Positions 1 through 14,800 of a stretch of DNA of 64,000 nt are shown piece by piece; position 1 is the stretch's first letter, and each line of letters opens with the position of its first letter. Below the pieces are notes generated by a model. It made no database searches and had not been told where the DNA came from. It worked only from the letters and a program-made list of their open reading frames with translations. Both the position numbers and the translations under genes were made by a program. The stretch comes from Ophelia neglecta (Eukaryota), in NCBI GenBank assembly GCA_965285935.1, contig OZ260663.1, positions 72,602,001 to 72,666,000 of the forward strand. The letters run 5' to 3'.

Positions 1-3000
1 AAAGATTGCTGATCTCACTATTATCAATGCATACATTGATTTTGACACATTAGATTGAAGTAACATCGTTATATATACCTCAGAATATCATTCCCTTCTT
101 AAAATCTGATTATAATATTCGGCGTTTACTGTTTTGATTAAATATAAAGTTAAACGCTTAAGGCAATGTAAAACCAAAAGGAACTTTCATCTCTAAACGC
201 AATGTATATTTGAAAGGAAATAAATTAACGTTCTGTTTAATATCTTGTTCAATATATATTGCAACCTCGCATGCACATTGTTTTGTGCATTAATGTAACT
301 GTGTTGAGTAAACTTGATTAATATTAATAAATATTTTGATTTATGGTTTTTAAATTAGTAGGCCCCTTTATTATAGTATGTTGTAATAACAATATCTACT
401 GGCATCATTGAAATGAAAATGAAATGAAGAAAAACTATCATATATCAGATGTCTCACTTTAAACATGGCCCATTTAAAAGGTCATGTGAGTCATAGTGAA
501 CGGCAGAATACCATAGACAACCAAAATTGAATCTGCAGGTATAACATATGCCTACTTATCCACATTAGAACTATAGCTACCCCACCGCCTACACAGTGTT
601 CTTAGAATGTTAGATTTTGGATGATTATGTTTCAAATCGGATTACTGATAAATCGCATGATTTTTGCTTCCATAGCTTAAAATATCAAATTGCAATGATA
701 AATTACCATATCATTTGGAATTTGGTTATATTAGCAATTTGCTTGCAGAAGGCATTAAACTTGCTTTTTAACAATTGAAGGACCAAACGGGAAACAAACA
801 AGTTTAAGCTGTCTACAACTTAAACTGCAAGCTTAAATGTTAGTATTACATTAAACGTATGATTATTTAAAATTTGAAAAATACTTATAAAACTAAACAC
901 CTGACAGTAGGCTAGAACCAGTCGCTCAAGACATTCCTTTCGATGAGAACTGACTGCTTTTCACGGGCCACTTATCCCGAAGAAATCCATTTGACCAAAG
1001 GTTGTATAAATCCTCCATGTTATAGTTGCTATCTAAAATGGGAACGATTTTTTTAACATAAACATTTATTGGCATATTTACTATGTCTTAATTTACATTT
1101 CACGTGATCTTAGTGGCTCATGTGATTATGTAACTATATATTTAAATGTTTTGTCCCCAAAGCCCCAACCGTGACTCCTGATTATGATCGTGTTAGCCTC
1201 AGGCTAATACCAAATAAATCTCTTGTTTTCAACTGATCCAAGCATTATGTTGTATGTTAGATCTACGTACTCATGACAAGGGCGCATCCGGCTGACTGCT
1301 TGGTGTCCAAAATCGATTAATAATCGGTTATTTGTTTCAGGGAAGAGAGGATGTTTATGGACATCTTCCGCATACAAAATTGTATTATGTTTTATTTAAC
1401 ACCATGATCGTGTTATCAAAACCACGCATATAGCCCAAAGAACCATAAAATAAATGAAGTATTAAGGAATCAGTCGTTCTTAGAATGCTATGGGGATTTT
1501 CACTTCTTTTTCAGTTTTGGTTATTGACAGTACACACCCGCACTCCTAAGCACGGTAACTCCAGATACTTATCCTTCATGGCGAGCCTCAAAATATGACA
1601 AAATATTTCCCTTGCTATTTGCTCTTAATAGAATAAGATGCATCGGAATCTTGTTCATGTGAAGCAAACTGTTAATGTTGCCATCATGTCCTGTTTCCGA
1701 ATGCGCTGAGTCACTGGAAGATGCTAAACATCATGTCAAATTTGACCTTGGGAATGGTATCTCATTTTGACAACAAACGTCTCTTTCGCTTTCATTGAGC
1801 GCTTCGATTTGTTTTGAATTTGAAATAGGCTAAATCATGGACCATTAAAAGAGGCTGCAGTTAAGGTGGATGCAAAATATGTGTTAATTTTAATAAAAAG
1901 AATGTTTTCACTTACATAGCTAAGGGTTTCTATCATCTTGATTTCGAACCTTTATCAACGCACGGATTACAGTTCATGCATGATAATATCGCCTCATGTA
2001 CAGTAATCATAATACCAACAAATAGTAAAGATATAAAAGGCAAAGCAGTGATTTTCTTCATATTCATTCTGTATGAGAATCCTGACGTGACAGTCTGTAG
2101 AGAGCAACACCTCCAAGGAGTCCTTCAGGTAATAAATATAATCTCGTTACCCCATACAAAATGTCATTCTCAACTATCAACCTCTAAAAGGTTGATAACG
2201 TTAAGTAAAACACACCATGGACGCTAGAGAAACACCTGTTTTATATGGAAGCCGACCTTCACGATTTCTTTCGCGGAAAAAACTATAAAAATATACACGA
2301 ACAAGAATATCCATTGTAGCTGCCTGTGGTAGTCTGCAGTAGACTTGTCAAGTCGACAACCTGGTTTGATGAGTTCGGAATGACCGGAAGGGGAAATACA
2401 CCGGGAGGGTCTTATTTTATATTGCATCTTTCATGCAGTTGCATAGCTGCCGTCGGTGACACAGTTTTGTAAAAATACTAACTGCTTTTAGAGTAAGGGA
2501 GAAAATTCTACCAAGTGCACCCAGGGTACCTGGCACATAACAGAAACGAGTGGATATATCCGGTAAAGATGAACGTTCATTATCACCAACTGTATGGATT
2601 TTTCTCGTCAGGACATTTCCCCACATTTTCCGTTTATAATTAGAGGGTTACGTCAGTTGCACTGTTTTTGAATCCAAAGAATTCAACGAGTCCTATTCGT
2701 TATACTCAAGATACAAAAATATATGAACCACACATACACCAGTTGTATTAATTCATACAACAGGCTGAACGCTATGTCGGGCTTGGATTAATGTAAATAC
2801 TCATTGGACAAAAAAGTACATCGTTCATGGTAGAATAAATACTTATCTTATTCCAAATTTATAAGCGAAAATATTGAGATAGGTATAAGCAATATCGAAC
2901 GAAATCGTAGACTAATTAATCCGTTTTTCCACGGGACCTGAAGTTATAATGTTATGTTAATTGCAGAAGCCAGAAGTGAACAGGACAAAATATTTGATTG

Positions 3001-5899
3001 ATGGTAGAAGAAATTGAGTTCTACTTTTAATAAAACCTTAATGAAAGGGGAAACTATGATATAAAAATGCCATATTTCATCAATGATGACAATTTTAGGA
3101 GACCACTCGTTAAGCAAGTTGATTTATTGTTGATAATTCTCACAACGATATATCAAACGCTTGCGACATCAACATTCAGGCCATAGCCACTTCTCTAAAG
3201 GCCTGGCTGGTTTAGAGTTCTTTGCCTGAATTACAAAACCCTGAAAATAATCTCTTTTTTAATCAAACTATTGAAACCTCAAACCATATTAGGTGTTTCG
3301 CCACTTTCTCTTGGTCGGAGATATTCATAGTTTTTTTCATGTCCTTCGGACCAATACATTTCGAGCAGGTACAACCTTACAATCTACTTCTAGTAGCTAG
3401 TATTCCGAACAATGTCTCTACGACCTTTTTCTTGTACACGTGGAATTTGTTCTGAACACAAATTTAACTTATGCAATGAAAATATGGAAGAAAATTAATT
3501 GTTTAATTACTGAAACTGCATCACTTTTTCATTTGCAGGACTCTAAAAATATTCAATTTTTCATAGGTCGACGCTACAAAATCGTCTGGGAGTCAAGTCT
3601 ATAAAAATGCACTGAGTTTGCACCAAAAAATTGCGGGTAAACATGGTATATAACAAAGTTGAATCGGTGAGGGACTGACTAATTTATTTAATTTTTCCTA
3701 ATATTCTAAAGTCCACTTCGATGTCTCCATCTACATGCAGTTTGGAATGTTTGAAGCGACAAACCGAAATCTTGTTGCCATGGTTATCGGACAAATAACA
3801 TTGACAACAAGGAGGATAAAGACATTTCGGTGTTTTTAGTTAAGGGCGAAATTGAAATAAATCAACTTTTATCCGCGTTATATTTAATGGCATTACCCGG
3901 TACCTGCATGGAAAGCGGTAATTTCATTTTTGGCCAATAATTAAAAATGATGGGTTGATTTGCACACATTCTTCACTAAAAATTGAGCCTGAAACAAGAA
4001 CATGCGCTAAACCTGTTGTTATTAACTGAAATGAGTCGAAAATTAAGTCTTAAATCTTACAGAACCCGACCCCAGGACTATGGGTCCTTTGTTAAAACAA
4101 GACGGAATCACACATGATCTAACAAAAGACACGAGTCTCGAAGTAGACACAATGCATGCTGGGAAAATCGGAAAATAGCTAGTCAGGAGCCTATGTTTAC
4201 TACTGGCAAATTGAATCTTTTTTCAAGAAGGCGTGAACTTAAAGGCTACTTACTTCTTGAAGGAAAACTAGATCAAAGTAAGATTAACTATCGGCCTGTC
4301 AGTACTGTATCGATCGTTTAGTTCTAAACAGCGTGGACAATTGTCTAAGAACTTTTTTAATTGAACGGAATTTAATCATATGTATACCTAAAGGTGGAAT
4401 AAAGAATTGGCTGTGTGCAACTAAATTGTCATCCTGTTAAGCAATTTTGTGATCTTTTCATATAAAGATAATAGAATAGATTTAAATCCACGACTTGGAG
4501 CACAGATGGTCCCCACAGTTAGACCCATCTGAGTTGGTTGACTGATGCGCGCCGAATTATGAAGTTAGTTACAGGTTATTGTTATTGAAATGGCTTTCTA
4601 TTGATTGATATAAGGGGAAGGTTGACTAGATATATAGTATAGAAAAAAATCTCGCCCGGGAATGATGGCAAATTCCGAGCCATCATAATCCACGCTCCAA
4701 TTTCTAGTGCTTTCTCTGACTCATCCTTTAACATGATCTATAACTGCATCGAAGCTACTGCTACCCGTGGTCGACGATAGACAGGGCACAGACCATAAAG
4801 TAATGTAACCGGGTCATCTGGACACGGACCTAATGAGATCCCATGCTGTTAGGAATTGCTCTGTGTCGTTCAGGCCGCATTGCCTTCTGGGCAAACAACA
4901 CCAGAGCCCAGATAGCCACCATCATGCATGTTTAAAGGCATTCACTCCTAGACAAAATGGGCTGTAGTTAGTTACAAAGTACAGTACTTTGGCTCTCCGC
5001 AAATATGGACGGGATACTCCTTGGCAAAAGCTATCTTTGGAGGTCTTGTTCATCCCAGGACAGATTAATGAAACGAGACAAGAATCACCACCGTTGCCAA
5101 TGTTATCACTGCTAAGCATGTCATCGTTACAAACCTAGGCATGCATTGAGAAAAAATATGATTGTGTCTTATATTTAAATGTTAGAAAAAATATGGTCCT
5201 TATTAATGGACAATCGCAATACAAAATCAAATAACTATATTGAATAAACATGCACTTATTGATTGTTTCTTTCTAGACTACTGTCGCGGGCACATATTGG
5301 AGTGTCGCTTATTAGAAAATTGTCTTTGCTCAATGTGTTTTAATCGTATCAACCACATGCATGTTCGTAGGGTTAGGGTCCACCATTTATAAACAATGTT
5401 TTTTGATCACCGAATTTGGAAGATTGAATCAGAAAATGCCAACTTTAACGTGTTTTCAACATGCCAAGGCGTACTGTGTATGAGTGAATCCATAAATTAT
5501 CTAGTTCTACCAGGTCAGTAACTTCTTGGTTCTATACGAGACTCAGTTCTTCGGAATGAGATTTGAAGGGGACTTGCACTGGCTACTGGTCTACTAACAC
5601 CAGAGTTTTCACAGACAAATTCAATATCCCTTTGAGGCATTTAGACAGACAATCAGCAACTCTCTGGTTATCTGACAGACCACAATAGACAAAAACAATC
5701 CCTTAATCTCATTGTGGCAATTTCACATTTTGCTTTTCAGAGCTTTTTGCAAATAAGCCCATTTTGCTGTGCCTGCATCCCAGAAATGACATTTAAATTC
5801 TAATGTCACTTCAATGTTCTGACTAGAATTGTTGAGCAATTATGCCTTTCGATTGAACTTGTTACATCAGTTACTTGGTGTCTAAAAAATCCTTTATAA

Positions 5900-6270
5900 G
5901 GGAGCGTTCATTATTTATGGCCGGGGGGGGATAAATTTTTGAAATGAGTACGTCAAAATAAAATTGCTCCCCCCCCCTGGAAATAGGTGGGAAAAAAATT
6001 GCCCCCCCCCCTCAGAAATAGGTGGAAAAAAATCGCCCCCCCCCCCCCTTGGAAATAGGTGGAAAAATAATTGCCCCCCCCCCCCATCAAAGACAGAATT
6101 TGTCTAAGTATGATCAGTTTCACTACACACTTGTGTACAATATATATTTCTATAAAAAAGCTACACAAAAGTGTCAATAAGAAATACGTGATAAAACGCT
6201 TTCCCTGTAAAAAGGGTTAAAAAAATACCACCACCCCCCCCCCCCCCGGCCATAAATAATGAACGCTCCC
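5900..6270. mobile_element. PIF/Harbinger-type (Tourist-like) MITE
   Basis: The ~31-bp TIR GGGAGCGTTCATTATTTATGGCCGGGGGGGG is present at both ends. The TSD is TAA (5897-5899, 6271-6273). Internal repeats consist of a C-run plus GAAATAGGTGG-A-run. Confidence 0.85.
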
Positions 6271-8578
6271 TAAACGCATATGATTCTTCAGAAACGTTGA
6301 TTGAAAAGCAGATTCAACATGGACTTGAATAATCACAAGTGAGGCCTTACAAGGGTGCTGCGGGAGGGAGCTTTGTGTGACTTCTGTACTTAATTTAGAC
6401 CAATTGCACTGCACAAATCTAATAGCATGTGTCAAATAAAGGTGATAATCAAATTTAGCATCTTGTGAAAGTGTTCAACTGTAGTCAGCCTGAGCTGGGT
6501 AACTGTTCAGGCAATCCTGGCTAGGACTTTATATCGTCACAGCCGATGAAATGTACTTGACTTTACTCCCTTGGCGTTTAAATGTGAGGAGATATTTAGT
6601 GATCATTTATACTGCCGTTCAAGCACATAATTAAATTTAACACCACTAGGCCTAGATATAAAAATGTGTAAAATGTGGTTCGGATAGTTTTGAAGATCGG
6701 ACCTCAAGAACTGAAATTTGAGAGTTCTGTATTGAGAAGCTTATGTGTTATTTTTAGGCTAATTTCAAATACTGGGTAATATGTAATGTTAAATGCCATG
6801 ACCTAGTTGCAATGATTGAAGTTAAAAAAGGCAAATGGCAAATCCCCAGCCAATAAACGGAATAATCGATCCAAAATATATATATCCTAAATAAGTCAGA
6901 ATTTAGCCGGAAGTGGCAACCAAGTGCTACAAAAATATGAACCTTCTCATCCAGAAGTAAATGAAAGTAGCATGAAAACTACCAGGAAAAATAACAATAA
7001 TATACAATTTTCTTGCACCTCGAATTTTCCAGTTTTACAAGACTGCGGTCAAACTTTAAACTAAACGAGAGCGTTTTAAATGCATGACGAAGATGAAGTG
7101 TGCCCTGGTAGATTCTGAGATGGGACTCTCTTATAAGAAAACGACAAACCAAAATTGTAAAAGCAGCAGTTAACATTAATATCTGTTCGAATGTATCACT
7201 TACAGGCAGCTGCAGTACCAACATTATAACTTAACCGAATCAATAATAGTGTACAGAAATAACAAATAAAATTTGATATATTGCACTGAAAAGTTTATAG
7301 TGAACCGGTTCCATCGCAGACCACAGTACGTATAGTCCAACACAGAACAAACAAATCAGGGGCCAACGTAGGAAGAAAATGAAATATGTTTTTGGTAAAA
7401 GAATCTACTATGGTCTAGGCTCTCTGATTGAAGGGATTAGAGTGTCTGTGGGCCTGCACCAGGTGGTCTTTGGTGATTTCGGACCTATTTAACAGACCGT
7501 TTTGTCTGCTAGGAGTCCACTCTCGTTTTTTGCATTACCCGATGTGCAACGCAAATTATTAATTTGGTACACTCATTCTAAGCAACTGTGAGCAGGCGGT
7601 TTGGAATGATTGATATATTTTGCAATGATAAGTTTAAAACCCGTCCTACCTACCCCGCATAACGGCAAGAACTGGATCATGTTAGTGATAAACGGTAGCT
7701 GAACAGTGCGAGAGCCTTCCAATATAAATAAGTTTCTTCTCGTTAACTTTGGCAGTAGCGCCTGATTCGACAAATCACCGATATTATCGGTTCATAGCAA
7801 TAGTGCCAGTGATTCACTCGCAGTGACTGCAGTGTTTGTCAAAATAGAACACTGTGCGGATTGCAGATTTGTGAGGTCACGCCTGTGCTCTGGTTCTATC
7901 CCAATAGAAATGATATTATGCTGTACCTGGTGCGTCTGTACTACGTGTAATATGTATTATATGTGTGATGCAAAATATAACTCGAAACATGTATTGAGAT
8001 AACAAACACTATCATATAAGGTAAGGTTCCAGGTGGGAGCAACTAATGCAAATGTTGTAGGTTTAACAGAGGATTGGCATGAACTCAGGAATTGACGTGG
8101 GATTGTCTAAGAGACAAGCAGGTCTAATGTTTCATAGCACTACTCGATCAACGATAACGATACACCCTTAGCCACCAAGAACAGTATAAATAGTGCAAAT
8201 TTAATCCTTCGCTGAGCAAATTAACCAAAGACGGGAGAAGACATCCGCCAGACGAAGCAAAATCCTTAAACTAAATAATAATGCGGGAGTGGACAACCAG
8301 ACAAAGCAACAGCATGAATCAAGAATATTCCATTAAAGCGGTCCGAAATCATCAGCAGTCAAAGATCCACGCACATCAATCCCCAGCTCCCAAACAGTAA
8401 GAAATTGAAAACCTGAAAATTGATATCACTTGCAATTAGAAGAAGTACCTATTTATCAATGAAGCGAGAAAGAGCACAAAATAAACGAGTCAAGGCAGAA
8501 CAGAGATGAAATTTGCCACAGGAGCGCATGTGATCCATAAACTCCCTCATAATGTTAGACACTAAAGATAAATAACAC

Positions 8579-8869
8579 TAATAATAATAATAATATCATA
8601 CTATATATCGCTCAGTCCATGTATGCCAAGTTCAAAGGCGCCTCACAATAAATTATGAACAAGCAGTTCCGGATAAAAAAAAAGAATTGCTTTATAAAAC
8701 AACTGTAAGAAATTATTAATTTAAAAACATTGTCCACTGAACAACAATTATCACAGATAAACAAACACAGATACAAACACTATTGATCTTTATAAGCCAA
8801 TCTGGATGAATGTGTCTCGAGCTGCTTTTTGAAGGAAGCCACAGACTTAGCAGATCTTACATGAACCGG
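8579..8869 (-). mobile_element. 5'-truncated L2/CR1-group LINE 3' end
   Basis: The minus strand translates PVHVRSAKSVASFKKQLETHSSRLAY, like the L2 ORF2 C-terminus (P..IR.A.SL..FK..LKTHLF..A). A short 3' UTR follows, ending GGCGCCTTTGA...GCGATATATA...(ATT)n. Confidence 0.7.
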
Positions 8870-11800
8870 TCTAACCAATGACAGATAACGTGCATAGATT
8901 CCTACTCGTACTAAGTAACAACACTATGCTTACAGGACCATTCACTTGGTGGAACGACTGAATTCGTACTAATGCTTATGACTATAATATCATACTAGCA
9001 GTCACAAAAAAAGATGAACTAGCACCAGACTACATGAAACTAGGTATTTAATTGATATATAAGATAAAAAGCAATTATGCTGAGTCCCTTATAGCCCAAT
9101 TTCCCATATGAACGGATGCAGTAAAAAAACCTCGAGCTGATATGGAGCTCACAGTAGCAATAAAAACCTCCTCGATAGCACCAGATAACAGGTAGACCTG
9201 TAGTTTAGGTTTAGTTCTGGCATTCTTTTGATACATATGATACGTACATGCAATCACAGACGTAGGAAAGAAAGTTGTTGGAAAGCAGAAGTTTTAAGCT
9301 TAAGAAATTAGAGCAGGAACCAAAATATAACAGGAACATTTCAGGGTTGGTAGATTGCAGAGGTTGCTGGTACATAGCGAGATGTCGGACGAGTATATGA
9401 GTTGTAGAGTATATCGAGGCATTATTTTAGTGTTACTGATGCAACACCATAAAACTGCAATATACTCGACAAAATCAACAGGGAGACCAATGAAAGTTCT
9501 TCTGCAACTTAGGTTCCTCCTGACGTCTGCCAATAAGCCCAAATAATGAAATGGAAATGGATTGAAATGGAATATTCATGTTGACAAGCCTGGCTCCAAC
9601 TCAAACGATGCTCCCAAAGCGGAAAAGTAAGAAGCTATGCCAAAATCGTCAAAGAGAAACATAATGATTAAAATAAAAGTTGGTAAGAACTAAAAGTCCA
9701 AATAATCCCCTGCCATGGGCATGTACTTTAAACAATACTTGGACAGACGATTATTTTTGGTATAGAACAGTTATTTACAAAGGGATTTAATATCGGCAAA
9801 GTACTTTCCTTTAATACCAATTGATGTGTCGTCTGTTTTACTTGAACATCGTCTTATCACAACATAAAATAGCAATGGGACCAAAGAGGATAGGTTCTGA
9901 CATCAAAATAAAACACGAGCTATATGTCACTGATAGAGTAGATGTGTCTTTTCTCATGTAACATAGCAATGATATTCATGAGATAGCTATGATTGCCGTG
10001 TGATATTTGTGTTAAAGAAGACTGATTTGCTTACTGCAAGAGTTGTAACTCGCAATTTGAGCAGTGGCAATTCTTTTTTTGCACAGAGTTCATTGTCTTC
10101 TCTGTTCATTTATATTTGTAATCGGAAACAAAGTAATATTGTAAATAATAAACAGAATTTTCATTTCGTTCCACAAGTTCAACACCGAGAAATTTGATAC
10201 ATTATTTATGGGTTACGTTTATTCTGCATCACAAGATGGCAACACTAACTGTAATTTTTATGCTCTCAAATACATTGAACAAAAATAAAGGTACATTACA
10301 CCATAGAAATTGAATGGTTTTGAATTGGCTTTAATGTAAGGCGTTTTACATTTTAATATTAAGGCAAATAGACACTCGTATGTTCAAGGTGATTTTCATT
10401 TTATCATTATGCTATCATCTGCCATATCTTCCTTTCAACTGCTTTTATGCGGCAGAGTCGCTAGCAAACAGGTATTTCCGACATGGCTGACAGTCATATA
10501 TACTTGGAATACAGCCAAGCATCACGAACAAGGACACTTTCTTGGGTTATCCTTCTAATAATTTGACACGACGCGAACGTGTAAGGTGGTGTAGTCTTTG
10601 TTAGATCCGTGGGAATCATGGACACCGAATTCAGCTATAACACATTGTCCTTTTATTGTACTTCAAAGCACGCAAAAAACTACAGTATTCTAAACAAGTA
10701 TATTTGCAACATTTTGTGCGGCATGTGCATGACGCATCGGAAATCTGATCTCAGCACCCAGAAAAAACAAGAACAAGCATGTTACAAAACTAGCTATCAG
10801 AAACATATTAGTAATTACAACACGGGACATAAACTGAATTCCGGGTAGCAATTCCCCTCCCATCGGGAACCCAACCAACAATAATTTTCCTGAATTAAGC
10901 CCCGATGAAAGCGGGCCCGCCCGCCGAAAACACGACACACAACCGGTGCCCCGCCCCACCCCAATACAATATCGTTACTATAATATAATATATAAGAAGC
11001 CAATTGATTTCACAGAAAATACACCGCGCATATCACACATATAAACATTAAAAATTCGAAATCATAAATTTATTTACTGGCATTTTACAGCAAAGCGGTC
11101 ATGAAAATGAAAATCAGAAGTCACTGCCACCGGTACCACTGTTACTGCTGTTCCTGGTTCCCGCCAGGGGGCATAAAGCGTCATTCATAATTGCTGGTGT
11201 TGTTGATGTTTATTTTAAAGGTTCCCTGTATGAACCACCCGTATTTAGTAAGCACTTCCCCTTGGTAAGTTGTTAATTGTGCTTAATTGGATATTCTTAA
11301 AAATGTTGATAACGTATTCAACGATTAATCGTCCTCGCCATTAAAAATTGAAACAAACTTTTCAATTGAAGTTCACTAGTTAAAGAATGTGGTTTTGGTG
11401 CTACTCGCAGGTCACCATACCTTGAACGCACGGTAATTATGTACAGCTCATCCTCGTGATCATTACACAAGCTATATAGTCTACTGTCTCATTTAAAGTA
11501 GTGGCTTAACCATGCTCAAACCTCGTATATCAGGAAATCTTTTCGTATGCGGAGCCTGCACAGCCACTGCTAATTTCGTTGAGAAAAATTAGGCAAAAAC
11601 CAAGGCATTTGTAAGTCACTATAATTGAGAACCCAGTGTTTATACAACTCCCCTTTGCGTTCAACTAGAAAGGCATTAAAGTACACCAGTCTTATTTCAC
11701 GAATTTTGAACTACACAGAAAATGATTCACATATTGGTGATTATTGCAGGCAGTTGCTTGAGGGGTAATTGAGGGAGTAAGTAGTGGTATGTTAGGGACA

Positions 11801-14800
11801 AAGTAAAACCTTTAAACAGTCAAACACTGAAATAAGCTAAGGAGAAACTCTACTGTTGACAGGTAAAGAAATGGTTTGTTCGCTATTTTGATGTATACAA
11901 TTTAGCGGGAATAAATCCCAGTGTACACTCTCACCATATGTGTGATATAGTCTACTCAGCAATGTCATTATTTACAGAATATATTTCAATACCTATTGGC
12001 ATAGTCACGTACTCAAAAAAAAACTAGTTCCGAATGAACTTCATAGCCCGTCATTGAAATGGATGTAGTTGGCACATCGAGCAATTTATGACTTTCAACG
12101 CTCTTTCCTCATGACAGAAAAATCCAATGGGAGAAGAATTAAGGGTTACGTTATTCGTGGACGGATACGTGTATGCCTAGATAATTATGTCTTTTACTCT
12201 GCTTTTAGTAGCACTTAAACATTAACGGCTGTGTTGAAAACAAAAGCGTCGTCCGCAATGCATTTAAAATCGTAAAACATGTTTGCAAGGACCCCAGTCC
12301 TAAATACAATTATGCACATTACAGAAACCTAAAAGCATCTAAGAAGCTCCGTTCAAGTAACTATTTGGGTTTAACGGGCTGTAGTGTCATTTGCCGAAAG
12401 GGCATATTTTTGTTTAACTGTTTCTGGAGACTTTTTGTTCGCTAACACAACCGTCATGTCCTATCCAAGATGTCCTATTCTGTCATACTTTGAAACCCTT
12501 ACGAAAGGAAAATAGATTATTGTGCAGCGGGTATCCACACCCATTATGGTCTGAAGAACATAAGTGGAACAGTTACTTATCTTCATTCATTAGGCGTACT
12601 AAAATTCATCCGGTAATTGGCTTATCACAGTACTTTTCTATATCAGGGTTATTCCACGATTTTCTAAGAGGATGTTGGCAATGCATGAGAGAACGCAGGA
12701 CTAATGGCATTTTATTTTCTTTATATCACTTCATAAACGACGACAACTTAGGGTTCGATTGATGGGCAATTTGATCTTATATGCGGCATGCGCACGTTTT
12801 CCAAACACCTCTGACGTCCTCCCTGAAGTATTGGCCAGAGTAAAGTGACCTATAAACCAAACTATTTGGCTATAACATGAAAATGCACGGACAGGTAGTA
12901 TAACACAATTTATATAGGATGAAGTGTACAGGTTGGAATAGCTATGCGTTACCGGTTACCTGATTCAAAGGTGTTCAAATAGAAGAAAACAAACAGATCG
13001 AACGGTTGAGGTAATATTGCGCCCTTACTTTAATGTCAGGGATAAATGCAACCAATGAAATGTTGAACTGGCTTGGCTTGACTTATCGTGTTTCTTATTG
13101 CACCAATTGAATAATTGATTATTCCAAATAACATTTATCATCACAGGTCAGAGATATTTATCATTTAATTTTATTCTGTAATATGTTTCCACTACTATAA
13201 GTAATTAGGAATGACCAAAATCTGACAACATATTAAGTGGCTTTTTATAGCACTATCGATACAAATTTGTGACAAAATTACCCCCCTTGGGTCCCGCCTC
13301 GCCCAAAAAACACAATTATTAGTAATGAAAATAGTGTAATAAAATTGAATGCAATCGAATGCTCATATCTGATGATGTAATAGTATAATCACAATATTTT
13401 GGAAGTAATTCGAATGCATTAATTACATTTTCCTTTTGACATGATTAATTGATCTGCATTTCTCGTCAATGCCGTCACTAACAAAATGAACACAAATCGT
13501 GAAACAAACGACGCCAGTTATCATACCATTTGTGGCGGCTGTTGTGGAAAATTGGAATTTAAGTATTGTACCGAAAAAAAAAGGAAAAACTGGTATGAAT
13601 ACCTGACAGACAAAGCAAAATAATAACAGTTATCAAGAATGTCATTAAAATATCAGTCCGAAATAATCAGGATTCTTCTGTTCCAGGCCTATAAAAGCGC
13701 AGTTTTCTCTAACCGTAAATAAGATGGTTAGCAAATTAATAATTTAAAATTATATTCATTTCACTTGTAATGAAAAGCAGGCAACAGTTTGCCAAGACTC
13801 GAATCAGAGCACAAAATAAAGGAGTTTACTGGGTCAACATGTACCACGGATGAATTATTACTAACTATGAGCGCCTTTAATGGACTTGGCTCTCTCAATA
13901 ATAATAGATTGTAGAGAGATTTGTCTCGATAAACATAATACCAAAGAGGTTTTTTTTTATTTAATACAAGCACGGATGCTTATCATTTTCAACATATTAA
14001 TTGATCAGCAGCATCTCCGATGATCGATCAAAATCAACCTGTAAAACAGTTTGCATGTCCGGTGAGGCATACTAGCTATTTGATAATAAGTTATCCCGCT
14101 TAACAACTGTTAGCAAAATAAATCATTAAACGTACGATGTGCGTCAAATAAAAAAAGATAATGATCGACAAACCATAGTTCGCTGTCATCCGATAGTAAA
14201 ATGCCGCCGGACAATAATGCCAACAATATAATTTGATATCATTGAAGTCATGTGAGCTTCTAGCACTAACGATTCTTTGAAGATGGGAACTCACAAAAAT
14301 TTTGTTAGCCGCATTTTGTCTACGAGCATAACCGCTTGAAAATTGATCAAAACAACATTTTGCTAACGTGCAATCAAAAGGAATCTGTTCGACAATGTTA
14401 AACACTGTAAAATGCTGCAAATTGTATTTATATTGAATGATGAAACAAGCTTTGTTGTACATATAGAACTGAAACTTTTATGGAACTGATGATCGATCTT
14501 TTATGAGTCTTCAGAATTAGTATAGATTTAATTGTATTTATTCTTTATAAAGATTTTTTTTGTTTATACATTTTTTCGTTTTAAATCGCCGGAATAATGC
14601 CCCTACAACGGTCAGGATCAGTCAGATTCGCCATTGCTGTAAGATGAGCAAGAGAAGTTCAAATATGAAAATAAAGAATGTTCAATCTCTATAAATCTGT
14701 GGATGATTAGACGTCAACCTTTCTATATGGGTAACCTAGCTTGTCTGATAGAGCGTTCGTTAAACCGCCCCTTCTGTGGCTGCCGTACACGGGTTGATCT

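Noticed and set aside
14737-14800. tRNA or tRNA-SINE head (TAGCTTGTCTGATAGAGCG...GGGTTGATC)
   Set aside because: The A and B boxes are degenerate, with no cloverleaf or recognisable body.
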